From: Candidatus Latescibacterota bacterium
GTDB lineage: Bacteria; Latescibacterota; UBA2968; GCA-2709665
Direction: 5' to 3'
Length of the DNA stretch: 64,000 nucleotides
Assembly (NCBI GenBank): GCA_965205485.1
Contig: OZ242180.1
Span: forward strand, 3,008,001-3,072,000
Shown: positions 1 to 9,037 of the stretch, in pieces
Numbering within the stretch: the first letter of the stretch is position 1
Layout of the letters: each line of letters starts with the position of its first letter
Notes under the pieces: generated by a model
What the model was told of the DNA's origin: nothing
The model's database searches: none
What the model saw: only the letters and a program-made list of their open reading frames with translations
Program-made: the position numbers and the translations under genes

Positions 1-1173
1 CACTTCACGGCCGGTCTTTACGCCAAAGTGCCCGACCTGTTCGAGTACTTCCGCGAGCAGTGGCGGGCCAACGGCCCCGACGCCCACGTGGCGTGGGACG
101 CGTTCCGGGGTCTGCACGGCCAGGTCCGCATGGCCAACCCCTACGTTGCCCTCACGCGTACCCGGGCATACGAGGCGGGCGCCGACTGGAACTTCGTGGC
201 AGACTATACGGCGGGAATAGCGGCCTACTACAAGAGCGCCATCGGCAAGATTTCCTCAGGGAGCCGGTACTGGTACGAGCCGCAGCGCACGACCTGGGTC
301 TGGGGCCGCAAGCCCAGTTCCTACCAGGATATGAGAGGGCTTGAGCTGCACGTGCGCAAGGGCTTCAGCCACTATTTCTCGTTCAACGCGGCCATCAACT
401 TCGGCTGGGCGTCTACGGCGCGCGTGGGATCCAATGCCACCATGTTCTATCCGGATTCCTCGTACGTGATGAACCCCGATCAGTATCACGATTGGGAATG
501 GAACGGTTCGGCCTACGTACGCAAGGATTTCTCGCTCGAAGAGCGGATGAAGCTTGCGACGAGGGTGGCCAGTTGGTGGCGAGGCAGGGCCAGAGGCATC
601 ACCCAAAGCTATCAGTTCGTAATCTTCGAATTCATGGACATCCAGAAGGCCTACGACGCGCCGGCCAACATGAACGGCGTGTGGCAGCCGACGTACGGCG
701 GCGGCCGGCTGTTCAATCCGAAGGGGTCCGACCTGCGCGTCCAGTCCAGCCTCTCGCTGTACGTGGACACGCCCATGGACTTCGGTCCCGGGCTGCGTCA
801 GTTCCACGCGGTGGGCGGCCTGCGCACCAATCTGGTCTGGCGCATCCAGAGCGGCAGGCCCCAGTGGTACACGCCACCGGGCAAGCAGCCGGAGTTGCGC
901 CACAGGCCCATCCGCACGTGGACCGACCTGCAGGTTGAGAAGACGCTCGTGGAGGGCGGGCACCGGAATGCCGTCTTCTATGTGGAGATCTTCAACCTGT
1001 TCAACCAGCAGGACAGCCCCGTCGGCGGCTCCTATCCCGACTACGTCCGCTGGGGTCTGAACGTCCCCAGGCCGAACGACCAGGACTACCTTACGTACGG
1101 CGATTACAACGAACTGACCCGGTACTACGGGAAGCCGCGTGAGGTGGGCGTGGGACTCAAAGTCAACTTCTAA
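1..1173 (+). CDS. TonB-dependent receptor-like outer-membrane beta-barrel, C-terminal part (5' truncated by window)
   Basis: Frame is open from base 1. Amphipathic strands (GLELHVRK, VFYVEIFNLFN) and terminal YYGKPREVGVGLKVNF ending in Phe are typical of TBDR C-termini. Confidence 0.75.
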   Translation, partial: HFTAGLYAKVPDLFEYFREQWRANGPDAHVAWDAFRGLHGQVRMANPYVALTRTRAYEAGADWNFVADYTAGIAAYYKSAIGKISSGSRYWYEPQRTTWVWGRKPSSYQDMRGLELHVRKGFSHYFSFNAAINFGWASTARVGSNATMFYPDSSYVMNPDQYHDWEWNGSAYVRKDFSLEERMKLATRVASWWRGRARGITQSYQFVIFEFMDIQKAYDAPANMNGVWQPTYGGGRLFNPKGSDLRVQSSLSLYVDTPMDFGPGLRQFHAVGGLRTNLVWRIQSGRPQWYTPPGKQPELRHRPIRTWTDLQVEKTLVEGGHRNAVFYVEIFNLFNQQDSPVGGSYPDYVRWGLNVPRPNDQDYLTYGDYNELTRYYGKPREVGVGLKVNF

Positions 1174-1240
1174 TCGTGTTCAACGTTACCGGGGTCGGGT
1201 TTTCCCCCGTCCCCGGTCTTAACGAAAGGGAGAAGCAAGT

Positions 1241-3628
1241 ATGAAACCAGGCATCAAGCTTATGGCGCTTGTTTGCGGCTTGCTCCTGCCAGTGGGCGCC
1301 TGGGCGGTTGACCAGAGCGACACGCCGAGGCTTTCCACAAGCCGGGGTCACCTCCAGATCAGCTGGAACTCGGACGGTACCATGGGCGGCTGGAATCTGG
1401 GAAGCGGGCAGACGGGAGAGCCGGATATGTTCTGGTATCCCGGCTGGGCAAACATCCCCAGCAGCAACGCCAGTTCCAACTATACCCGCCGGGGCGGCAA
1501 CGCGGTCGGATTCGGTACCTGGATCATGGTCGTGGGGCCCGGCGGCGTGGATGCGGCCTGGACCGGCCCCCGGGGCAAGAGCGTCGATATCACGCCGCTG
1601 GTCTATGATCCATCCAGCGGGCCCGAGGCGCACCTCGGCGCGGCCACGGAGTGGGAGCAGGGACGTTCCGGGTCGTTCTCGCCGGCGAGCAACTACTGGC
1701 CGGGCGCGAACGTGCCCGACGAGAATGACGTGAGCGCGCCGCCCAGACTCATCCGCAACTACACTCCGGGAGAATACACGCCGGACGACGCGTTTGCGGA
1801 AGAGATTCTGGTCGCCAAGTGGACCAACAAGTTCGACATCACGATTACGCGTAAAGTCCACAACTGGTCCCATCAGATGTTCGACGATTTCGTCATTGCG
1901 GAGTTCACTCTGGAAAACACCGGCAGCGACCGGCACAACGAAGTGTACCTGCCGCTGGTGGCCACCTGGAAGATCAACGAAACGTCCGACAACAACCAGG
2001 GCGGGGGCCGGTGGTGGCGCTGGCTGGACGACGGTCTCGACGATCACTTCCGCTACACGGAAGCCGGGAACTACGTTGACGGCGGCCCCGGCGGTCCGGT
2101 TGCCATCAGTGCGGCCAGGGCGCAGGGGCTCAAGCTGAGCTACCAGTTCGACGGCGACAGCCCGTTCAAGGCCTGGGAGGATACAGGCGACCCCTGGATC
2201 AAGGACATCGAAACCTCCGACCTGAAGGAGATGGCCTTCCCCGACGGCAAGCTGTCCGCCCATTCATTCGTGGGCATGGCGCCGGTAGCGTTCGCCGACA
2301 GCCCCGAGGACCCGAGACACGCGTTCAACATGCACGACGCGGGTCAGTACGTGCAGCCCGCGGGAGACCAGCCGGTCTACCAGGGCTGGTGGAACGTGCG
2401 CACGACGTCAGACTACGACGAGCCCGTCCTTGAAGGAGAGACCCCTGCCGAGGCGTTTGCGAAGCTGACCGCGACGTCCGCACAGGACAACCCCACCGAG
2501 GTGGGCGGTTTCACGAACGCACAGGTGTACGGCCCGTGGGCGCTTGGTCCGGGCGACAAGGCCAAGGTCGTGGTGGCGTTCGTGGCCGGCTCCGGCGCCG
2601 AGTATGCCGGCCCCGGCAAGAGCCCCATAGACATCTGGCAGTGGTCGCTCACCGCCGACAAGGCCAGTTTCCTGTCGGGCGAGCAGGCGATCGTAGAACA
2701 CCTGGAACACGCGTTATTCGCCTATCAGAGCGGCTTTGACATTCCGGATGGCCCACCTGACGTCGACGTCTACGTGAAGAGCGACGAGAACGCCAAGGTG
2801 AAGCTGTTCTGGGCCGCCGAGGCCCAGGGCGCGGTTCATCCCGACTTCAGCGCTGCCGACGTGGCCGGCTTCCGCATCTACCGCGGGCTGCGTGGAACGC
2901 TCACAGCCACCGGCCCGTTCTCGCTGGTCGGCGACATTCCCGTGGGCGGGCCGTTGCCAGCGGGTGTCACGTACGATGCGGGCGCCGACTGGCCCGTTGC
3001 CGCCGCGGAGGGCAATGAAAGCCAGGCGGTTGGGCTGGCGAACCAGGCCAGCGACGGCCGGCGCGCCGCCCGTCCCGGTATGTACGGATGGTCCGATGCG
3101 AGTTCCAATGCCGGATTCTTCTATTACTACAGCATCCGGGCCTACCAGAAACCCCATGACGACTGGGTGAACAACGACGGCACGATGACCTTCGCGGACC
3201 TCCCGCCCAGGGCGCAGAAGTTCCTGCAAAACGGGCAGGAGGGACCGTTCTCCAACTTCCTGCAGGTCAATCGCGGGTCGCCCGTGCTGCCGTTCGTGGC
3301 GGCCGCGGACGCGCTGGAACGCGATATCGTGGTGGTTCCGAACCCCTACATGGCCAACGGAACCAACGAGTACGGCGGCGGGCTTTCAATCCGGTTCGTG
3401 AACGTGCCGTCCAACTCGTTCATCTATATCTTCAACACTGCCGGCCAGCTGATCCAGGTCCTGCGTCAGAAGAACAATGCTTCCAGCGAGACGCGATGGA
3501 CCGGCCGTCCGTATTCCACCATCCGGGCGCTTGTGGGTCCGGGAATCTATTTCTATGCCGTGCACGGCGTTGAAGGTTCGGCAGGCGCCGGAAAGATCAA
3601 GACCGGCACGTTTGTCGTGATCCGATAA
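1241..3628 (+). CDS. Secreted protein with T9SS type-A-like / FlgD-Ig C-terminal domain
   Basis: Sec signal peptide (…PVGAWA). FN3-like segment (KVKLFW…AGFRIYR…YYYSIRAY). C-terminus VVPNPY…IRFVNVP…IYIFNTAGQLIQVL…PGIYFYAV…GTFVVIR. Confidence 0.7.
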   Translation: MKPGIKLMALVCGLLLPVGAWAVDQSDTPRLSTSRGHLQISWNSDGTMGGWNLGSGQTGEPDMFWYPGWANIPSSNASSNYTRRGGNAVGFGTWIMVVGPGGVDAAWTGPRGKSVDITPLVYDPSSGPEAHLGAATEWEQGRSGSFSPASNYWPGANVPDENDVSAPPRLIRNYTPGEYTPDDAFAEEILVAKWTNKFDITITRKVHNWSHQMFDDFVIAEFTLENTGSDRHNEVYLPLVATWKINETSDNNQGGGRWWRWLDDGLDDHFRYTEAGNYVDGGPGGPVAISAARAQGLKLSYQFDGDSPFKAWEDTGDPWIKDIETSDLKEMAFPDGKLSAHSFVGMAPVAFADSPEDPRHAFNMHDAGQYVQPAGDQPVYQGWWNVRTTSDYDEPVLEGETPAEAFAKLTATSAQDNPTEVGGFTNAQVYGPWALGPGDKAKVVVAFVAGSGAEYAGPGKSPIDIWQWSLTADKASFLSGEQAIVEHLEHALFAYQSGFDIPDGPPDVDVYVKSDENAKVKLFWAAEAQGAVHPDFSAADVAGFRIYRGLRGTLTATGPFSLVGDIPVGGPLPAGVTYDAGADWPVAAAEGNESQAVGLANQASDGRRAARPGMYGWSDASSNAGFFYYYSIRAYQKPHDDWVNNDGTMTFADLPPRAQKFLQNGQEGPFSNFLQVNRGSPVLPFVAAADALERDIVVVPNPYMANGTNEYGGGLSIRFVNVPSNSFIYIFNTAGQLIQVLRQKNNASSETRWTGRPYSTIRALVGPGIYFYAVHGVEGSAGAGKIKTGTFVVIR

Positions 3629-3659
3629 CGAACCTCGCGACGTTTTAAGGAGAACTGCT

Positions 3660-4703
3660 ATGAAAAAAGGATGGCTCATCTTGGGATTGGCCCTCGTGAC
3701 CGTCGCTCTCCTGTCCGTGAAGCCGGGGTGGGCGGTTGAGCAGCCGGCGCCGGGGACCGGGTCGCGCGACGGGGCGTTGATCGATCCGAAGATGGAGAAC
3801 GTTGACAAGGCATGGGGCCTCTGGGTCGAGCGCGTGGGACTCTCCGAGTTCCCGTTTCTGAAAATCGGCCAGGGCGCCCGCGCCGAGGCAATGGGCGGGG
3901 CTTACACCGCAATTGCCGACGATATCACCTCCGCATTCTGGAATGCCGCGGGTCTCGGGCACATCGAGAACGTAGGCTATACGCTGAACTACACCCGTTG
4001 GCTGTCCAACTCCTCACTGGTTTCCGGTGCGCTGGCGTTCAACGCAGGGTTCGGTACCATCGGGTTTACGGTTACCAGCTTTCAGACGGAGGAGATGGAA
4101 GTCACCACGCCTACGGCCCCATGGGGTACGGGTACCATGTTCAGGGGCAGCGATATCGCCCTCGGCGCCGTTTTCGCCAAGAAGATGACCGACAAATTCA
4201 TGCTGGGCGGCCAGATTCGCTGGATCCAGGAAGATCTTCACCTCGAGAAGGTCTCTACTCTGGACTACAGTATCGGCACCCATTTCTATACCGGGTACCG
4301 CAGCAGCAGGATCGCCATGAGCTTCCGGAACCTGGGTCCGAACGTCAAGGTGACGGAAGGCGGTTTCACGGCGGTGATGCCCACCACGTACTCCCTTGGC
4401 GGCGCAATGGAGATTTTCGGTCAGAAGGGCGATCCCGGGTACTTCACGCTCTCACTGGAACACGAGTTCGTGACGGACTTCCGGCCGATTACCCGCATGG
4501 GCGGAGAACTCTGGCTCGAGAATACGCTGGCGCTGCGTGCGGGTTACCGTACACATACGGCTCTTGAGAGCTGGAGCGTCGGCGCCGGTCTGAAGCACGA
4601 ACTGCCGGGCGGTCAGTTGATCACGGTGGATCTCTCCTACCACAACGCGGACCTGGGCATCTTCGATCCCCCGTTGCGTCTGTCCGTGGGCGGGACGTTC
4701 TAG
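3660..4703 (+). CDS. PorV/PorQ-family (UPF0164-like) outer-membrane barrel
   Basis: Signal peptide, hallmark FLKIGQGARAEAMGGAYTAIADDITSAFWNAAGL, LALRAGY, C-terminal Phe. AAGGAG RBS upstream. Confidence 0.85.
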   Translation: MKKGWLILGLALVTVALLSVKPGWAVEQPAPGTGSRDGALIDPKMENVDKAWGLWVERVGLSEFPFLKIGQGARAEAMGGAYTAIADDITSAFWNAAGLGHIENVGYTLNYTRWLSNSSLVSGALAFNAGFGTIGFTVTSFQTEEMEVTTPTAPWGTGTMFRGSDIALGAVFAKKMTDKFMLGGQIRWIQEDLHLEKVSTLDYSIGTHFYTGYRSSRIAMSFRNLGPNVKVTEGGFTAVMPTTYSLGGAMEIFGQKGDPGYFTLSLEHEFVTDFRPITRMGGELWLENTLALRAGYRTHTALESWSVGAGLKHELPGGQLITVDLSYHNADLGIFDPPLRLSVGGTF

Positions 4704-4720
4704 GGACGCGATGCGCGGTT

Positions 4721-4763
4721 ATATTAAAGGAGGACGGTCCGCCGGATCGTCCTCCTTTAATAT
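4721..4763. terminator. Likely bidirectional intrinsic terminator
   Basis: 20-bp inverted repeat ATATTAAAGGAGGACGGTCC-gcc-GGATCGTCCTCCTTTAATAT (one G-T pair), 17 nt after the PorV-like stop codon. Confidence 0.8.
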
Positions 4764-5040
4764 GAGAAGCAGGAAAAAGCAAAAGGAAGAAGCAGAAAGG
4801 AAGAAGGAAGAAGGAAAAGCCCAAAAGCGGGTAAACGGGAGAGGGTAGAGAACCAAACGACACCCCACCACCTGGTGAGACGTAAGCCGGGAGAGGGTAG
4901 AGTTCGCATGCCGTGTAAGGTTTCCTGTCGGGCCGCAAGCGAGCCGGAGGAACAAATTGGCAAGGGCTTCTTCTACCGTCTCACCTCTACCGTCTCCCCT
5001 TATTCATTCGACCGTCTTGCGTCTCCCGTCTCCCCGCCTC
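4764..5040. repeat. Purine-rich / pyrimidine-rich short-period repeat region
   Basis: GGAAGAA 7-mers. CGGGAGAGGGTAGAG at 4836-4850 and 4888-4902, with near-complement CTCTACCGTCTCCCC at 4985-4999 and further CGTCTCC units. Confidence 0.6.
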
Positions 5041-5178
5041 TGTGATTTTCTGCAACCAATTCCATCTGTGGGCATTCAAATATTATTGGCAGCAGACGGA
5101 TAGTTTCAACGGCGGCGCTTCCGAATTCAGTTGCGCGGTCCGACGCGTTTGCGCAAACCCGAAACGAGGACGAGTACG

Positions 5179-7578
5179 ATGTTCCGGATCTTACCGCGGA
5201 CGATGGTTCCCTGGCTTGCCGGATTGGCCCTTTTCCTGGCGGGAGGTCGGGCCGATGGAGCCGACGAATCGCCGACTCAAGCCGCGTCTGACACGACCAC
5301 CGTCTCAGCACCCGACCGGGAAGTGCAGCGGGCCGTGCGTGCGTACTGGCCTCAAATGATCGCGGATCCGGCCGGCCGGAATACCCGGATCGGCTACGCC
5401 CGTCTGCTGAAGACGGACCTGGCGGGCGCAAGAGAGGCGTTTCAGTCGGCGCTGTCGCAAAACGACGGGTTTGCGCCGGCCCACTTCGGGATGGCGCTGG
5501 CGTCCTATCGGTCGGGGACGGCGGACGGAGAAAAGGGGAGGTATTCCGAGCAGACAATCTACCATGCCACTCGGGCGGCCGCGCTTTCACCCGGATTCGA
5601 ACTCGTCGATCGGCTCCTGGGACAGTTGTATTTCGACATCGAGGACTACGAAAATTCCGTCGATGCTCACGTGCGTTCTCTATCGGTGGATCGAACGCGG
5701 GACCTGAGCGTACTTCAGGACGTGGTCACGGCCTTTGTCCGGACGGGGGTCTTTGAGGATCTACCCTCACGGGCGCTGGATTCATTGGAAGTAACGACGG
5801 ACGAAGGGCTGCTGTTGCCCGTCGTGGCGCAGGCTTGCGCAAGCCGGGAAGCTCTGGACCTGGCAATGCAATACTATGGTCGCGGTTTTTCCCGTATGCC
5901 GCCCGAGGAACGCCTGTTTTACCAGGATGTGACCCTGATTGCGTCCAGGGAGGAGCTTCTCGCGTACCGGGCGACTGAGGACGATCCCGCGGCGCGACGG
6001 GAATTCCTCGTAAGGTTCTGGTCGGTGAGAGACCCGGATCTGATGACTGCCGTGAACGAGCGCAAGCTGGAGCACTATCGGCGCGTGTGGCATTCGCGAG
6101 CGGCTTTTTCCGAACAGGCGAATCCTTGGGACCGGCGGGGCGAGGTCTATATCCGGTACGGCGCGCCGGATTACCGGTCTACTTCCGGCTCGGTGGCGCC
6201 ACCCTTGCCCGTTTCCGTAGAGAGAATCAAGGAGCGTGTCGCCCACGATATCTACGGGCCGCATGGGATGATCGAGGTCGGCCGGGGGCCGGTGTTTCCG
6301 GTTCGCAGGATGCACGAGGTGGGTCTGGATTTCCCCGCTGAACTGCCCCCGGGTACCGATCAGGGCGAGACTCCCGACGCGCTGGAGATAGAGGGTGCGC
6401 CCGCCCTGGCCGATGAGCCCATGGCGCCTGCCGACATGTCGGAGCTGGATGGAGACAATTACGAGGTGACCCTCTCCCCGAATCGCACGCAGGTGACGGG
6501 TGGGGACTTTATGTCCTATATAAAGTGGGAGTCCTGGGTATATACCGGCGTTGCCGGTGGGATCGAGGTGGTATTTACCAACGAGTGGGGTGGCGGGAGG
6601 TTCGACTTCGCGCCGGTACCCGCCGCTGAATTCGACGAGGGTGCGTTGCGGCGGACCAGCCGGATGGTGAAATTTTCGCCTGCGATGGTGATGAACCGCA
6701 GTATCCGGCAGATGCCGGAGCACTATCTGCCCGGCGGCCGGGAAGCATTCCTGGACTTTTACTACGATCGGGCGACGTTTCGAGGATCCAATGGTAAGAC
6801 GCGGGTGGAGGTCTATTACGGGATTCCGCCGCGAAGCCTGAGCGAGTCCGAATCCCGTGAGCAGCCGGTGTTTCGATTGGGGTGTGCGGTGGCGCTGTAC
6901 GAAGCGGAATCCGGGCAGACGCTGCAGGAAAGCGAAGAGCTGGTATTGCGCACTTCGAAGGAGCTCTATACCGGGAAGGGGACCTTCATTCCAAATCAAC
7001 TCGCTCTGGACGTGAGCCCGGGCGCCTACGAAATGCGCGTACAGGTCAAGGACCTTGTTTCCGGCCATTCGGGGATCTACAAGGAACGACTCGAGGTTGA
7101 GGATTATTCCCTGGATACGTTGAAGCTGAGCGGTCTGGAATTGGGATTTCAGGTTTCCACGGAGGGAGGTCTGGAGAAATACGACAAGGGGGGCGGCATC
7201 TGGGTGATCCCGATGACCACCAAAACCTATCGGATGAACCAGCATCCGTTTGTCTATTACGAAGCCTATGGCCTGAAACCGGATACATTCGGCCAGAGCC
7301 GGTTTACGTTGCACTATACGATCCATTCGATGCCGGAGAAGGGCGGCGCGTTCGGACGGCTCTGGGCGGGGGTCGGCGGCCTTTTCCGCAGGGGCGAACG
7401 AAACCCCGAGGTTTCGGTATCCACGGAGCAGGTCCGGGAGGAAACGGATCTGCAGGAATATTTCGAGATGGACCTGGGGAGCGCCAAGTCCGGCGTGAAC
7501 CGGCTGACGGTCCGCATTGAGGATCAGAACGGCAATGCGGTAGCCGAGAAGGAGGTGCTGTTCAAATTGGAGCGGTAG
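5179..7578 (+). CDS. GWxTD-domain protein with N-terminal TPR-like repeats
   Basis: Signal peptide. FWSVRDPD…NERKLEHYRRV…PWDRRGEVYIRYGAPD, WESWVY, then Ig-like C-terminal domains. ATG at 5179 follows GAGGA. Confidence 0.8.
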   Translation: MFRILPRTMVPWLAGLALFLAGGRADGADESPTQAASDTTTVSAPDREVQRAVRAYWPQMIADPAGRNTRIGYARLLKTDLAGAREAFQSALSQNDGFAPAHFGMALASYRSGTADGEKGRYSEQTIYHATRAAALSPGFELVDRLLGQLYFDIEDYENSVDAHVRSLSVDRTRDLSVLQDVVTAFVRTGVFEDLPSRALDSLEVTTDEGLLLPVVAQACASREALDLAMQYYGRGFSRMPPEERLFYQDVTLIASREELLAYRATEDDPAARREFLVRFWSVRDPDLMTAVNERKLEHYRRVWHSRAAFSEQANPWDRRGEVYIRYGAPDYRSTSGSVAPPLPVSVERIKERVAHDIYGPHGMIEVGRGPVFPVRRMHEVGLDFPAELPPGTDQGETPDALEIEGAPALADEPMAPADMSELDGDNYEVTLSPNRTQVTGGDFMSYIKWESWVYTGVAGGIEVVFTNEWGGGRFDFAPVPAAEFDEGALRRTSRMVKFSPAMVMNRSIRQMPEHYLPGGREAFLDFYYDRATFRGSNGKTRVEVYYGIPPRSLSESESREQPVFRLGCAVALYEAESGQTLQESEELVLRTSKELYTGKGTFIPNQLALDVSPGAYEMRVQVKDLVSGHSGIYKERLEVEDYSLDTLKLSGLELGFQVSTEGGLEKYDKGGGIWVIPMTTKTYRMNQHPFVYYEAYGLKPDTFGQSRFTLHYTIHSMPEKGGAFGRLWAGVGGLFRRGERNPEVSVSTEQVREETDLQEYFEMDLGSAKSGVNRLTVRIEDQNGNAVAEKEVLFKLER

Positions 7579-7721
7579 GTGCGTGGAGTCGGGTCGGAAC
7601 GGTGGCGGATCGGGAGGCGTGTCATCAAGAAATCCAGGGGTCGAACGTCAGGATGATGGAAGCAGTTTTCCTTCCGGATTCCGATGGTCGGCTTCTGGAT
7701 TCTTCTTTTGTTGGAGGCGAA

Positions 7722-8939
7722 ATGGAAAAACTGGCGATCCATGGAGGACCGAAGGTACGAACCCAACCGTTTCCCGAGAGGGCGCCGTTCGGGCGACGGG
7801 AAGAGCAAATGTTGGTCAATGCCGTGCGAAGCCAGAATCTGTTCGGCAAGAATGGCCGTTACGTCAAGGAATTCGAAGGGGCCTTTGCCGATTTCTACGG
7901 CGTCGGGTACGCGCAGAGTTCCACAGGCGGATCTGCGGCGATTCACCTCGCGGTGGGGGCTGTAAACCCGGACCCGGGCGACGAGATCATCACCGCGCCG
8001 GTTACCGATCCGGGTAGCGTGATGCCCATCCTGCAGCAGAACGCCGTGCCGGTCTTCGCAGACGTGGATCCCAGGACATTGAACATGACGCCCGCCTCTA
8101 TCGAAGCGGTCATTTCGGACCGGACGCGGGCCATCATTCTGGTCCATCTCTTCGGGAGGCCGTGCGATGTGGACGCGGCGGCGGATATCGCTGATCGCCA
8201 CGGCCTTGTTCTGATCGAGGATTGCAGCCAGGCCCATGCCACCCGATTCAAGGGACGGTACGTTGGCACCTTCGGGCACATGGGATGCTTCAGCCTGCAG
8301 CAGTCGAAACATATGACAACCGGTGACGGGGGGATGACCATTACGAATTGCGAGGAGACGTACGTCCGGCTGAAGCTGTTTTCCGATAAGGGCTGGGACT
8401 ATCAGTACATGGGTGAACGCGACCACGGTTTTCTTGCGCCTACGTATCGTATGACGGAGATGCAGGGGGCCGTGGGCCTGGCGCAGCTGGAAAAGGTGCG
8501 CGCCGTCGTCGAAAGGCGGATCCACCTGGGACGGCTCTTGTGTAACCTGATATCGGATGCGCCAGGAATCGAGCCTGTGTCCGCGAAACCGGACCGGGAG
8601 GTGTCGTGGTGGAATTTCATATTTCATGTGACGGGCCACGATCCGGACCGGTTCTGCAGGGCGGTGTCCGCGGAGGGCGTCGCGGTAGGCGCCCACTATA
8701 TCGGCGATCCGATATTCATGCGCGGCAAATACCTGACGGACAGAGTCACGTACGGAAACAGTGGATGTCCATTCACGTGCGGCGTGACGAACCGCGAGTA
8801 CCACTATGGCCCGGAGACGACCCCACAGGCCGTCGCGGGTCTGGGGACGGTCGCGGTTCGAGGCATCCATGAACATATGGACGAGTCGGATATCAATGAT
8901 ATCGCAGTGGCAATCAACAAGGTTGCCGAGAATCTGTAG
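7722..8939 (+). CDS. DegT/DnrJ/EryC1/StrS-family PLP aminotransferase
   Basis: KLAIHGG start, GDEIITAP, VHLFGRPCD, IEDCSQAH, FSLQQSKHMTTGDGG (PLP lysine), YRMTEMQGAVGLAQL. GGAGG RBS. Confidence 0.92.
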   Translation: MEKLAIHGGPKVRTQPFPERAPFGRREEQMLVNAVRSQNLFGKNGRYVKEFEGAFADFYGVGYAQSSTGGSAAIHLAVGAVNPDPGDEIITAPVTDPGSVMPILQQNAVPVFADVDPRTLNMTPASIEAVISDRTRAIILVHLFGRPCDVDAAADIADRHGLVLIEDCSQAHATRFKGRYVGTFGHMGCFSLQQSKHMTTGDGGMTITNCEETYVRLKLFSDKGWDYQYMGERDHGFLAPTYRMTEMQGAVGLAQLEKVRAVVERRIHLGRLLCNLISDAPGIEPVSAKPDREVSWWNFIFHVTGHDPDRFCRAVSAEGVAVGAHYIGDPIFMRGKYLTDRVTYGNSGCPFTCGVTNREYHYGPETTPQAVAGLGTVAVRGIHEHMDESDINDIAVAINKVAENL

Positions 8940-9037
8940 CAAGGCATTGCGTAGGAGCGACCCCTTTTCGTCACCCGCCGATGAACATCCGGTATTGTCG
9001 ACGCATCCGATCGACTCCTTGCCAGGGGCGACACATT

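Noticed and set aside
5782..8942. Long minus-strand ORFs (514 aa and 472 aa)
   Set aside because: Shadows of the GWxTD and DegT genes, which carry clear family motifs.
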